From the human T2T-CHM13v2.0 reference genome, Homo sapiens: a stretch of 64,000 nucleotides of DNA. The translations under genes and the position numbers were made by a program. Below the pieces are notes generated by a model. That model was given only the letters and a program-made list of their open reading frames with translations. It was not told the DNA's origin and searched no databases. The stretch lies in the NCBI RefSeq assembly GCF_009914755.1, contig NC_060948.1; one strand, given 5' to 3'. Below are positions 30,721 to 46,729 of this stretch, in pieces. Numbering within the stretch: position 1 is the first letter of the stretch; the number at the start of each line of letters is the position of its first letter.

Positions 30721-32199
30721 CTTCATTGAATTTCTAATTGAGAAAAAATCCCTCTTGAAAACTTTAGTTTTTTTATATCATATTTTTGATGAGTTTCTTT
30801 TGTTTCATAATTCAAGAAAAATAATATAATTTAAATTCATTTTCTTTTTATCATAAATAAATTTATTTCCATTAATATATAGTTAACAGAGAAGATTAAT
30901 TTAGAATGTTATTTTTCTTTTGGATAAAGTCAGATTTCAGAAATTTCAAAAAATCTAACTTGGGAAACTAATTACATTTATTGATTATGATCACTTTTTT
31001 TTTAGGATTCGCTTCTGTAAGAAAATTCAAAATTGTTTCAAGATATGAGATGTTTAATTTTGTCAAATAAACTTTAAAAGTATTTTCTTTGAAAAAAACA
31101 TATTTTTCTTAAGCTATGTTTTCTACTAATAATATGTGATTACTTTTTCTAACTTACTGGAAATTAATTCATGTTTTCATTTTCCCTGCATCAAAAATTT
31201 ACTTGCAATATATAAGAAGTAAAGAACTGCCAGCAGAGCAGGTGGTTCTAGCGTAGGTCACACGCTACGATCAATGCTGATTTTCAGCTGCTTGTACCAC
31301 GAGTTACTGGCTGTGTAAAAAAACCTCAAAAAGATAGTAGACTGACTGAAATACATTACATAGACAAAGCAATAACTAGTGGGTATTTTAAATTAAAAAG
31401 CTGCTTTTGCTCACTAATAATAGTTTTGCTTAAAATTCTATTTTTTCCTTTAGAAAAAATTAACTCATGGATTTTTTGTTTTGACCAACAAGTTTAACAT
31501 TCTGTAGCCATCAGGCATATAACTAAAACAATTTAAGTCAGAGAATATAAATTTTTTAAAAAATATGTATTTCTTAAATGCTCCCCTATATTTAGTTTTG
31601 GTAACTTGCCACAGTGAGTTTTATTTAATCATATGTGAAAAAATATTGAAACTTTAGAGTAACAAGTGAAATTTAATGCTACAAAACTTTATATTTAAAG
31701 TGTATTCATTAAAAAGATCTTCTAAATCCAAACATTGAAGTTATTTAATGTTATTTTAGTTAAATTCTAAGAGAGGTATAGCTTTAAAAATCATTATGTG
31801 AGAAGAGAACCTTTGATTGCACTTTATTACTTCTAAATGTTCACATCAATCTAACAAAGTGACTAACAATGTTCAAATCTTACACAGAACTCAGAATCAG
31901 GGAGGGAGGTAATATAAGTAAATTAACAAATAATAACATAAAATTTAGTTTATTTCAAGAGAAAACTGAGGGTTAAGAATATAATTAACAGCAGCATTCC
32001 TTACAGATTTTTAATTGGTAAATGTTAATTTTTTTATATTTGTTTATTTTTTCTCTGAGTATATTTTCTAGCACATTGCTGTAGTTTCTAGCTGAACTCA
32101 CTGCTTAAGAGGACAGATATTTATTTGTCTTGGGGGCTGTATGTAGACAGCAGAGTTTTCTGCTTGAAAACATCTTTTTTGTTAATTTATGTAACAATT

Positions 32200-32720
<521 letters not shown>

Positions 32721-32831
32721 ATAAATATATATTTTAAAAAGAAATTTTTCTTAAACCAACATTCTTGTTGTTAAACTATTTAGCCAATGTTTTCTTGTGT
32801 TTAACATACATTTAAAAATGTACAAGAAGAT

Positions 32832-33107
32832 GGCTGGTCGCGGTGGCTCCCGCCTGTAATCCCAGCATTTTGTGAGGCCGAGGCGAGTGGATCGCGAGGT
32901 CAGGAGAGCGAGACCATCCTGGCTAACATGGTGAAAGCCCGTCTCTACTAACAATACAAAAAATCAGCCGGGCGTGGTGGCGTGGGCCAGCTACAAGAGA
33001 GACTGAGAAAGGAGAATAGCGTGAACCCGGGAGGGAGAGCTTCCAGTGAGCCGAGATCACGCGACTGCACTCCAGCCTGGGCAACAGAGTGAGACTTCAT
33101 CTCAAAA

Positions 33108-33125
<18 letters not shown>
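32832..33125 (+). mobile_element. AluY
   Basis: GGCTGGTCGCGGTGGCTCC...CTCAAAAA, followed by (TA)n(CA)n. Confidence 0.9.
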
Positions 33126-33155
<30 letters not shown>

Positions 33156-34762
33156 CACACATATATGAATGAAGATGTGTATTAAAAGTTATTGACTTGC
33201 GGCCGATATTATATTTCTGATGCACAGATTATTTCCGTATATATACTTCTCCATACATATAGCTTCTTTAAAGAAAGAAGTATGCAATATAAAATATTGC
33301 TAAATTTGTTTTATACTTAGTCACTCACGTGTCAATATATGAAGATCCATTTGTTTTGTAGCTTGCAGTTCAATGTGCTCCAACATATGCAGTCCACCAC
33401 TAAGATGGATTGATGTGTAAGTTGTATTCAGTTTTACACAGAGAAGCATTTACAGTTCTTACAGTGATTTTTAAATACACCATCTCAACGACTTCATCTC
33501 ACAATAAAACTGTGAATATAGACAAAGCAATTTTCACTATTTGCTGAAGAAGAAAGCAGAAATGTATGTGAAGATTATAGTTTTTATGAGTCAGAAAAAT
33601 AATTTTAAATGAAGTGCTCAATTAAAACAGAAAATTCTAATGTTTTATTTATGTAAAGTTCTGATGACAGTGTTTTGAATACACTTACAGTGCACAAGTT
33701 TTTTATAACTAAATTAATGATTAAAGCTGTCTGCGTTTAACACATGAAAATTTAATATTATACCAGCTTACATGATTCTAAGAAAATGGTTACAGAAGCA
33801 ATGTCTTTAAAAATGTTTGCTTAACAAGTCTGTAGTAAAGGGCCTGTATAGTGGCTCAAGTTGCTGATGTAAAAGTTTAAAGTACTCTTTCAAAATTGCT
33901 GTCTTAACCTGATAGAATGAATTTACCCAGACTGATTAAGAGAACAATGGACAGAATCATTATTTTTGTAGCATAAGCATTTTTTTTCTTATCTCATCTT
34001 GTGAATCACTCAGTGTGCAGGAGTATCTGTCCCCTGTTGGGCCCTACCCACTAAAAGGATTTGTGGGATTCAAGCTGGTACTACCTGTCACATTAATTCT
34101 GTGATCTAGCAACTATACATAATCACCCTTGTCACAAACAATATTTCTGTAATTGAAAACACAGGTAGTGATACAAACAATTATTGTTCAAAGATGAGAA
34201 ACAAAATGTGAGGTAAATATTAATTATTTTAAAAATATTCTGATAGCAGATACTGTTGTTCATTCTGAGATTACTGTGTTTTCACAAGATTTTGTCAGAA
34301 CTGCATTTGATGATACGGCTAGAATGTCTGCAATACCATCACTGGCATGTTTATCACTCTCATCTAACAACTTGACAATATAGTTGATAATATTTATCAC
34401 TTTTTTGTTTATTTTCAAAGCACAGTTGATATAATCACGTATGTATGACACGGTAAATGCAATTCAGTATGTGAAGAATTAGAAATCTTTATTTTTAATA
34501 ATCATACTCATCTTTTTTTAAGTATTCTGTTTTTTTTTTTAAACTTTTATCCCATCTGTGTTAAATAAGTTGTGCTTATTTTTAGGATTCTATGTATATT
34601 TTTCTAAAATTAGGGATTTTTCTGCTACAGAAAAAAATTTGTTTTTCTAATAATGCTACGTAGACCTGTTAGCAACATTATATAACAATTACAATTAGGC
34701 TGCTAAAAGTATAAAAGCATTTGGTTAAAAATAAAAAATATCTGTTGAAAATAAAGCAGCAT

Positions 34763-35100
34763 GCCAGGTGCGGTGGCTCCCGCCTGTAATCCCAGCACTT
34801 TGGGAGGCCGAGGCGGGCGGATCACGAGGTCAGGAGATTGAGACCATCCTAGGTAACAGAGTGAAACTCAATCTGTACTAAAAAAAAATACAAAAAAAAA
34901 AAAAAAAATTAGCTGGGTGTGGTGATGGGCTCCGGTAGTCCCAGCTACTCAGGAGGCTGAGGCAAGAGAATGGTGTGAACCTGGGAGGCGGAGCTTGCAT
35001 TGAGCCAAGATTACGCCACTGCACTTTAGAATGGGCAACAGAGCAAGACTTCATCTCAAAAAAATAAATAAATTAAGTAAATAAGTACATAAATAAAAAT
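34763..35100 (+). mobile_element. AluY-type element
   Basis: Full-length Alu flanked by AAAATAAAGCAGCA on both sides. Confidence 0.9.
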
Positions 35101-37419
35101 AAAGCAGCAAAAAGTCACTTTTTAATGGCAGATCACATTTTTAAGATATAGCTATTAAATAGGTGAATATAGAAAACTTGAATTTTGGAAATGTTTATAC
35201 TCAAGTTGTTTACCATTCATTTATATTTTTCTATAGACATTGATAGAAATTAAATAGAGAAATTTGAATAATTAAACTGTAGTAAATGATTCTTAAATTT
35301 CTACATTTCTTTCCCTCAGTGGTTAGAAATAGTTTGTCTTTCAAATAACATCTCAGCACTTTTCATTTATGAAGACTATAAAAAACACTGCCTTACTAGA
35401 TTGAATAGATTACACCACGCAGCAATTACAACCTGGGAAGCATTCCTTTTACTAGAATCTCCATATGGGATGTTCGTTAATACTTGGTTAACAGAAACTA
35501 TTGGACAAAAAAGTAGAATGTAAGTCCTGATACTGAAGCCCCTTTTGCCCCTCTGGTTCTGAATTTAAAATAGATAGAGATTGCTAATTATACTGACAAG
35601 AAGTGAACAAGGCAGATAGAGTATAAAATTCAAATTAAGTCCCCTACCTTTGTGCTTGGTTGGTTGCTTTTGCTTTATGTTGTCTCAGCACTTTACTGTG
35701 GCATGCGTGTCTGCCTAGTTGCTTTTTCTGTGGGATGAACTTCCTCAGGCTATGAACTGGATATTGTTTATTTCTGTATCAGAAACCTCAGAAGAGCAAA
35801 GCATATAGAAACATGTTAGATATCTGTAAAACAACTATATTTTGCTCTGTAGCTACAAGAAAATTATGACCTTTGGAGCTTCTGTGTATACTCTTGTTTA
35901 TTCCACAACTACTCTTAAGAGCTGTATTTATTGAGTGGTAGTAACTCTAAATACATCACATAAATTACATCATATAATCTGCAAAAATGCATTATTCTCA
36001 CAAGAAGACACTGAATTCTTGGAGAACGAAGTAACTTATTCCTCATAAGTTATTTATGAGAGACCACTGATTAGACTTTAATCTTTAATGAATTGCAGGT
36101 TATAATTGCTATTATTCTATTGTTTCTAATGATAACTTTTCTGTGAACTCTTTATGATGGTCCATCTGTGAAATAAGTACTAATACTAAATATTAAAACC
36201 AATAAGTTTTTTGAAAATAGTATTAAAAAATGCATATAATTTTATTAACCAAATGTTGGTGTTTATTTCAACTTCTTTCATTATACATTTAATGTTAGAT
36301 TAGTGCATCACTAATGTCTTCTGGTCTCTAGAGATCTCCGAGATGATGTGTTTAGATATCATTATAAATTTGAAGAGAAACCAGCATTAAACAAGACAGA
36401 AGATAGGAAAGCGTACAATATTGATCTCCTAAGACAATTTCAGGTCATCTTTTACATTTAGCTGCTTTCTGACTACAATAATGTACCCAGAAGTTTTTGG
36501 AAACAGTTTATGTAAATTATGGGTAAGATATGATAAAGTCATCTGTACACTAACTAAAATGTTTAAATATATCTTAAAATACATAATTTATTAGGCGTTT
36601 AATATTTAAACAATAGTAATATTCTAGCTGTTTCTCTTGGTCATTTTTATTAGTATTATCCCAACTGAAAGAGGTTAAAATTTTCACAGCAAAGACAGAC
36701 AGTATATTTTTTATATCTCATGATATAATTAACTTCTTATTATTAGATTTATAAATTATATATAAGCAAAATACTGAAATGTAGTCATCTCATTGATTTA
36801 ACAGTTCTCTAATAAAGCAAATGCCAAGTATATTGTTTTATTTGTATAGATATTTTAATGCATCTCTAAAGTTTAAATTTAAAAAGATGGCCATGGTGCT
36901 GTTATCACACATAATAAAAACGATTTTATAAGCTTGGGCAACGTGGCAAAACACTGTCTCTAAAAAAAATACAAGAATTATTCTGCTGTGGTGGTATGAG
37001 CCTGTAGTCTCAAGTACTTGGGAAGATAACATGCCATTTTATTCACTACCTGTTGGCATTTGTTTAAACTTCCTTTATCATACTTTTAAAGTTAGACTAG
37101 TGTATCAGTTATGCCTTTTAGCTTCTAGAGTAATATTAACGCTTGATATTATGTATAATAATCATCTCAAAGATCAACATTACTCATCATCAAATAAATG
37201 TTTTTATTATCAAATGAACATTTTTATCACTGACAGGAAACTACCTCTTCCTAGCCATGTAAGAAAAAGAAATAATATACTTATATATAAATATACAACA
37301 TATAACTTTATATAATATACATTTTTTTGCAAGCTTGTAAAGTAATCATATAGTTTTTGAGCCACTTACAAAAGTGACCAGTAACATTTGGTCCTTTTTT
37401 ACATTTGAAAAAGCCCATT

Positions 37420-37665
37420 TAGGCAGGCACTGTCACTCACACTGGTAGTCTTGGCACTTTGTGAAGCCAAGGTAGGCAGATTACTGGATTATAGGAGTTC
37501 ATACCCAGTCTGGGCAACATGGTGATATCCTGTCTCTATTAAGATGCAAAAAATTAGCTGAGTGTAATGGTCTGCATCAGTAGTCCCAGCTACCTGGGAC
37601 AATGAGGGGAAAACATTGCCTGAGCTGTGATTGTGCTGCTGCACTTCATCCTGAGCAATGAAGAG
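37420..37665 (+). mobile_element. Old degraded Alu
   Basis: GCACTTTGTGAAGCCAAGG...AAAAAATTAGCTG...GTAGTCCCAGCTAC. Confidence 0.7.
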
Positions 37666-38344
37666 AAGTCGCCCCCCGACCCCCAACGCACAGCTTCATA
37701 ACATCTTGATTTTGTTTTCTTTGTTTCACTCATTTTATCAAGGCCTAATTTGTGGCACATATGATAATAAACACTGTCACACAACTTTTAATCATATACT
37801 GTAGTATATAGCTCTTTCTAGTTTGTAAAAAAAAAAAGCTGCACTCCCTCATAAGAGTTTAGTGTTCTTTCAAAAAAGTGCTTACTAAATAGATCAGAGG
37901 TAGGAAGCAAAAGAGATATTCTGATTTCTGGGCTGCCTTCTGTTTCACTCACAGCCCCTCCTCTTCCATTTATTAGCGTATCACTTAGACTTCTTTTAAA
38001 AGTCTGTATCACACCTATAATGCACTGACTCTCCATTATATCTCTCAGTTTAATTTTCTAGATTCCATAGCCAAACTGTAAGCCTAGGTTATAAGTATAA
38101 TTTGCATATATAGTTCTTATTTACCTATTTTAGTTCTACAGCCTCACATGTGACTTCCTCTTCTTTTCAAATATGTTAACAATTTATTTTTATCAGCGTT
38201 CTCTACTTGAAACATTTTTTTCTGCAATCTAGGCCACGTTCTGTTCTTGTTCTTTCAAATTATTATAACACTTTGAGTTTAGTCTTCAAAATTTTACTCA
38301 AGTATTTATGTGTGTGTGCATCTATGTGTGATCATTTGGAACAG

Positions 38345-39156
<812 letters not shown>

Positions 39157-40123
39157 ACCTTAAGCTAAGGAGTTTGAGATCACAGTGAACTATAATTGTG
39201 CCACTGCACTCTAGCCTGGGTAACAAAAAACAAATAAACAAACAAATAAACTGTCTATACAGGGAAAATAATGTAAAGAATACATTTTTAAAATTTGTTT
39301 CTTTAATAATATCTTTTGGTAAAATGTGAGGAATCATTTACAACTTTGAATGTGGACATTAACAAACACAAAAATCTTCTTGATTATTTGGAACAGTATA
39401 TGAAATGAAGGTGCAAATGTATATTATTGTAAAATGTGATATAAAGTATATTTTGTTCAGTTTTGAAAAAAATAATGATGTCATTGAACAGAATCAGAAG
39501 ACATTAGAGTTGTTTGTGCTTATCCTCAAAATTAACATCTGCTTTTTCTTTACTGTTTTTCTCTTTACTGTTTTAGTGGTATCAGAGAGGTAATCAAGAT
39601 GATAACGGGTTTAAAGGGAAAGAATATTGACAAAATACAGTGACTGACTAGAAAAAAATCAGCCTTATTAGGTGAATAATTTTAGATATAAAAGGATCTC
39701 AAAGATTGTTTTCATCTCTAAAATAAATTGCAATTTAGTGATTGAATCATGAGGAGTTAATAGAATAAAACTTTTTTTTCTACTGTAGATACCTCAGAAG
39801 TAAAAAAGTTTAAGTTAATGTGGTTACAACAGATTTTAACACCCGCTTGTAGTTTCACAAACAGATTTTAATCTCTAGGCCTAACCAGCTGATTTTATCT
39901 CTGCACAAATTGATTGGGAGATGAAATGGTAAAATGTCTTTCAAGATGTTATATGTTAAGTAACACATATGTCTTTCTTCACTTTCATAACTTCTCACCT
40001 CCAAGCTTTCTGCATTGTTTTGAATTTAGCTGCCATTTAGATTGTAGTTTGTTTATAAAGTCATCCTTCCTTCTATTCACACCTCTGAGACTTGGAACAG
40101 TTTATTTTTACCCTTTTTGCCAC

Positions 40124-40445
40124 TTTTTTTTCCTTTCCCTTTCCCTTTCCCCCTCCCCTCCCCCTCCCCTCCCCTCCCCCCTCCCCTCCCCCCTCCCCTC
40201 CCCTCCCCCCTCCCCTCCCCCCTCCCCTCCCCTCCCCTCCCCCCTCCCCTCCCCTCCCCTCCCCTCCCCCTCCCCTCCCCCCTCCCCTCCCCTCCCCCCT
40301 CCCCTCCCCCCTCCCCTCCCCCCTCCCCTCCCCCCTCCCCTCCCCCCTCCCCTCCCCTCCCCTCCCCCCTCCCCTCCCCCTCCCCTCCCCCCTCCCCTCC
40401 CCCCTCCCCTCCCCTTCCCTTCCCTTTTCCCTTTCCTTGTCCCTT
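40124..40445. repeat. Polypyrimidine (CCCCT/CCCTCCCC)n tract
   Basis: About 300 bp of almost pure C/T. Confidence 0.95.
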
Positions 40446-41012
<567 letters not shown>

Positions 41013-41253
41013 GACAGTCAGGATTAAATTTATTAATATGTGTGCAGCTCTTAGTGTATTACCTGGTCTTTAAGTGCTATAAATATTAGCTGCTATTATT
41101 ATTGCTTATCATATATCTTCAGTTTACTCACACCAAATTCTAATTAATAGCATAAAAGAAAGCATTAGAGGAATAAAACAGATAGTTGTGACTATATGGA
41201 ACCACATAGCCATCAGGGTCTGTGTCAGTAATGTTTTCCAATTTGCAACACGT

Positions 41254-41557
41254 AAGTGACCTTTTACATCCACAGGTTCTGAAAACACAGATTTCTCTAA
41301 ACATGTATTAAAATGTCCAAAAACAAAAAATAACAATACAATAAAAACTAGCAAATTTAAAAGCAATTACCGTATAATTGTCTACATAATATTTACATTT
41401 TATTATTTATTTAGAGATGAGTAAACTATACAGAAGGATGTGTGTACGTTATATTTACGTACTGCACCACTGTTCACTAGAAACTTGAGCAGACACAAAT
41501 TATAGTAATCATGGGGATCCTGTAGCCAATCCCCTACAGATGCCAAAGGATTACTAT
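41254..41557 (+). mobile_element. TcMar-Tigger element (Tigger3a/MER2-like)
   Basis: TAGAGATGAGTAAACTATACAGAAGGATGTGTG...GGATCCTGTAGCCAATCCCCTACAGATGCCAAAGGA. Confidence 0.65.
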
Positions 41558-41674
41558 ATATAAACATTTTAAGCTTTGGTAAGTAAGCATTGCTTAAGTT
41601 AGTTATGACATAATTACCCTGCTGGTGTTAATTATCATTTACTCATCTATATAAACAAGTTGAGAAAGACTATA

Positions 41675-41960
41675 ATTTTTTTTGAGATGGAGTCTTGCTC
41701 TGTTGCCCAGGCTGCAGTGCAGTGGCACAATTTCAGCTCACTGAAACCTCTGGCTCTCAGGTTCTAGCAATTCTGCCTCAGCCTCCTGAGTAACTAGGAT
41801 TACACGTAGGCACAACCATACCCTGCAATTTTTTTTTTTTTTCAGTTGTGACGGGGTTTCACCACATTGGCCAGGATGGCCTCAATCTCTTGACCTTGTG
41901 ATCTGCTGGCCTTAGCCTTCCAAATTACTGAGATTACCGGAGTGAGCCACCGCGCCCGGT
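41675..41960 (-). mobile_element. AluS-type element
   Basis: Antisense Alu with TSD-like AAAGACTATAA/AAAGATTATAA. Confidence 0.85.
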
Positions 41961-42242
41961 TCAAAAGATTATAAACTTTAAAATTCTCATTACATTGTTT
42001 TAATGTTTGCGCAGGTAACAAGATAATATTTGTTTATATTCTCTGTTTATGTTATGTTAACACAGGAAAGCACTTGCTATTTAAAATATTGCCTTTTGGT
42101 TTTGCGGCCAACTCAAACAATTTTAATATGTCTGGGAAAATGTACAATTACATTCAGTGATTATTTTTAATTTCTCTGGGACCTGGATATGGGACCTTAC
42201 ACAGTAGCAATGCTGATCAAGCAAGGAGTGGGAATTATTATT

Positions 42243-42549
<307 letters not shown>

Positions 42550-43804
42550 TTATTATTCTTGTATTATTCAAAGATGGTAGCCAGTGACTCAGATCACTGG
42601 TATAAATTTGATGTTGGAGATGTAACAGAATTGAAAATAGAAGATGATAAAGAAATTTAAAAAGTCAGTGTTTTGGTGGAGAGTACACAAATGTATTTGA
42701 TCACACGCTGAAGTGCATGTCATAGAGACGAGAGAAGAGATGGTGAAATGCTTGTGTACTTATTTTTAATAAGCAAATGGACATGATAGATGAAGGTGAT
42801 GAGATGGTAAGATATACATTATGACTAACTCTTACAATACCACATCACCTCATTATGTCACCAGCCATTGAGAGAAGTGTATAGAAACAAAATGTGAAAT
42901 TTATCCATAATGGAATAAAAGTACTTACATTAATGGTGTTTATTTAAATCCCGCTCAAGGTAAGCTTTTAGATTAGCTTCTTACTAATAAAAAATAATTT
43001 GTGTTTGGCTTGCGTGATTCCTTACAAAGCATCAACATGTGTTTAATTTTTTTCTTTAGGCTTCATTTACCTTTTCTTATGGAATCATTAGCCTTAATTT
43101 ATGTGAAAGAGTTCCTTTTTGGTTTAGTTATTTAAAGTGTAAAATGTAATATATCTGTACATTAGAATAGTGGTTCTTAATATATGGATATATAAAAGAG
43201 CATTATTTATAATAATAATTATTACTTTCTACTCAAGCACTAGTTTGCAGTATGGGTTAGTGAAGTGGTAAGTAAATCACTAAGAATTAGTGTTAACTAA
43301 CAAAAATTTTATTAAGAAAGTGCTTGAAAATACAAATGTTTTTGACTGTATATGTATTTTTATTTGAAGAGTAGAATTACTTTTCTGCCTAAAGCACAAT
43401 AAATTACTATGATTAGTACACAAATTGCTGGTATATTCCACATTACCACTGGATTTCACACCAAAAAAAAAGTTTGTTGTCCTTCTGGTGACTTGTACAT
43501 GGCTTTGCATTTCATTCGTAGAGTTCTTACAATTGGTTTGGTTCTCTATTATACTGCTTTACATTTTCCTAACCATAAAAATATTATTTCAAATTTTAAA
43601 TACACAATAAACATTTTTGTAGTAATTGTGAGAGAATTCTTAGTAAACTTAAAAATCTCTAATCTAAATGTGCATTTATTATTTAAAAATTGGCTCACAC
43701 ACCAATAAATTTGTATCACACCATGTTCTACTTTATCATTACATAAGAAGCTTTATCTCTACCAGATAAAATTTTAACTTATAGTTAAAAATGTAGATCA
43801 TTTT

Positions 43805-44250
43805 TAGACCAGGTTTTGTGGCTTATATTTGTAATTCCAAAAATAGTAAAGGCCAAGGCAAAAATAACCTTGAGGGCAGGTGTTTGTAACCTGGTTTGGC
43901 AAAATAATGAAGCACCATCTCTACAAAAAGTTTTTAAAAATTAGCTAGATATGGTGGCTCACACCAGTGATCTTAGCACTATATGATGCCGAGGTGGATG
44001 GATTACCTTAAGCCTAGAGTTTGAGGCCAGCCTCAGCAACATTGCAAAATTCTGTCTCTAACAAAAAAATTAAAATAAATAAACAAATTAAATAATTAGC
44101 TGAGCCTACTGTCCTCTTCCTATAGACCCAGCTCATTGGGAGGCTAAGGCAGCAGGAAAACATGAGCCCATAATTTAGAAGCTGCAGTTAGCTATAATTG
44201 CACCACTGCATTCATTCCAGCTGTAGCAATAGAGACTTTGTCTCTTAAAA
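43805..44250 (+). mobile_element. Old degraded Alu monomers (AluJ/FLAM-like)
   Basis: Three successive diverged Alu-monomer motifs. Confidence 0.65.
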
Positions 44251-44488
44251 CAATTAAAATTACTGTAGTCTTAGCTTAGCAATAATTATAAAAGTATAGA
44301 GTACATTATAACTTGATTTAACAACTCTTTCAGCATTATGTTAAAATATGTTAATAAAATGTTACTGAACTAGAAAAAGGTTGATAAGAATTTTCAGAGA
44401 CCTGCACACAATTGTATTTGATTTACATCTTTGACTTGACTGTGAAATTAAAGTCACAGAGCTTTATCAGTCAATCTGATATTTGTAC

Positions 44489-45329
44489 TGTCTTAGTCCA
44501 TTTTCAAGCTAAAGACATATGCTAGACTGGACAATTTATAAAAGAAAGAGAGGTTTAAGGAACTGACAGTTCCACATGACTGGGGAGGCCTCAGAATCAC
44601 GATAGAAGGAAAAGAGGAGCAATTAACGTCTTACACAGTTGGCAGCAGGCAAAGAGAGAGCTTCTGCAAGGAAACTGATGTTTCAAGCATCAGATATAAT
44701 GAGACTTACTCACTGTCACAAGAACAGCACAAAAAAATCTGCCTCCATGATTCAATTACCCCCCATCTCATTCCTCCCACCACATGTAAAAATTCAACTG
44801 GGGTGGGGACACAGTCAAACCATATCATTCCAACCCTGGCCCCTCCCAAATCTCATTTCCTCACATTTCAAAACCAGTCATGCTTTTCCAATAGTCCTGC
44901 AATGCCTCAACTCACTTCAGCACTAACTCAATAGTCAAAGTCCAATATCTCATCTGAGACAAGGCAGGTTCTTTCTCCCTATGAGCCTGTAAAATTGATA
45001 GCAAGTTAGTTACTTCTTAGATATAGTAGGGTACAGGCATTGGAAAAGTACAGCCATTCCAAATGTGAGAAGCTGACTGGAATAAAGGGGCTACAGCCCC
45101 CATGAAAGTCTAAAATCCAAGGAGGCAGTACAATTTAAAGCTTCAGAATGATCTTCAAGAGCTGGGTTCCCATGGTCTTGTGCACCTGCACCCATGAGGC
45201 TTTGCAGGGTACAGCCTTCCTCCCAACTGTTTCCACCAGCTGGCATTGAGTATCTGTGGCTTCTCCAGGCACAAAATTCAAGCTGTCAGTGGATCTACTA
45301 TTCTGGGGTCTGGAAGATGGAGGCCCTCC
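44489..45329 (-). mobile_element. THE1 (MaLR) 3' LTR (44489-44827) plus truncated internal sequence
   Basis: TGTCTTAGTCC...GGGGACACAGTCAAACCATATCA is an antisense THE1 LTR. It is followed by THE1-int motifs (CATCTGAGACAAGGCA, GGATCTACTATTCTGGGGTCTGG). Confidence 0.88.
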
Positions 45330-46712
45330 TGTGTCCAGAATTGGTGGGTTCTTGGTCTCACTGACTTCAAGAATGAAGCTGCGGACCCTCGCGATGAGTG
45401 TTACAGTTCTTAAAGTCGGCGTGTCCGGAGTTTGTTCCTTCTGATGTTCAGATGTGTTCGGAGTTTCTTATTTCTGGTGGGTTCATGGTCTTGCTGGCTC
45501 AGGAGTGAAGCTGCAGACCTTTGCGGTGAGTGTTACAGCTCTTAAGGCGACATGTCTGGAGTTGTTTGTTCCTCCCTGTGGGCTCGTGGGCTCGCTGGCT
45601 TCAGGAGTGAAGCTGCAGGCCTTTGCGGTGAGTGTTACAGCTCATATAGGCAGTGTGGACCAAAAGAGTGAGCAGTAGGAAGACTTATTGCAAAGAGCGA
45701 AAGAACAAACCTTCCACAGCGTGGAACCCGAGCCGGTTGCCACTGCTGGCGAGGGCAGCCTGCTTTTATTCTCTTATCTGGCCCCACCCACATCCTGCTG
45801 ATTGGTAGAGCCGAGGGGTGTGTTTTGACAGGGTGCTGATTGGTGAGTTTACAATCCCAGAGCTAGACGCAAAGGTTCTCCACATCCCCACCAGATTAGC
45901 TAGATACTGAGTGTCCACACAAAGGTGCTCCAAGTCCCCACCAGAGTAGCTAGATACAGAGTGTCGATTGGTGCATTCACAAACCCTGAGCTAGACACAG
46001 GGTGCTGATTGGTGTATTTACAATCCCTGAGCTACACATAAAGGTTCTCCACGTCCCCACCAGACTCAGGAGCCCAGCTGGCTTCACCCAGTGGATCCCG
46101 CACCGGGGCTGCAGGTGGAGCTGCCTGCCAGTCCCGCGCCGTGCGCCCGCACTCCTCATCCCTTGGGTGGTCAATAGGACTGGGTGCCCTGGAGCAGGGG
46201 GCGGCGCTCATCGGTGAGGCTGGGGCCGCACAGGAGCCCAGGGAGGGGGTAGGAGGCTCAGGCATGGCGGGCTGCAGGTCCCGAGCCCTGCCCCGCGGCA
46301 AGGCAGCTAAGGCCGGGCGAGAAATCGAACGCAGCGCCCGTGGGCTGGCACTGCTGGGGGACCCAATACACCCTCCGCAGCCGCTGGCTCGGGTGCTAAT
46401 CCCCTCATTGCCCAGGGCGGCAGGGCGGGCCGGCTGCTCTGAGTGTGGGGCCCGCCAAGCCCACGCCCACCCGGAACTCCAGCTGGCCCGCAAGCGCCGC
46501 GCGCAGCCCCGGTTCCCGCTGGCGCCTCTCCCTGCACACCCCCCTGCAAGCTGAGGGAGCCGGCTCCGGCCTTGGCCAGCCCAGAATGGGGCTCCCACAG
46601 TGCAGCGGGGGCTGAAGGGCTCCTCAAGTGCCGCCAAAGTGGGAGCCCAGGCAGAGGAGGCGCCGAGAGCGAGCGAGGGCTGTGAGGACTGCCGGCACGC
46701 TGTCACCTCTCA
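45330..46712 (-). mobile_element. LTR12C (ERV9) solo LTR
   Basis: The minus strand starts TGAGAGGTGACAGCGTG and ends CCCACCAATTCTGGACACA. 4-bp TSD CTCC at 45326-45329 and 46713-46716. CpG-rich U3 and repeated CCAAT boxes. Confidence 0.95.
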
Positions 46713-46729
46713 CTCCTTTAACAGCTCTG

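Noticed and set aside
34260-34451. 63-aa minus-strand ORF with protein-like composition
   Set aside because: It lies in USP9Y-derived intron sequence, has no recognisable homology, and its length is within chance expectation.
45360-45650. CRISPR-like regularly spaced repeats (GTGAAGCTGCAGACCTT...GTGAGTGTTACAG)
   Set aside because: These are the normal tandem U5 repeats of LTR12 in primate DNA, with no unique spacers or cas genes.
45977-46706. Overlapping GC-rich ORFs up to 224 aa
   Set aside because: They lie entirely within the LTR12C U3 region and stay open because of high GC content.
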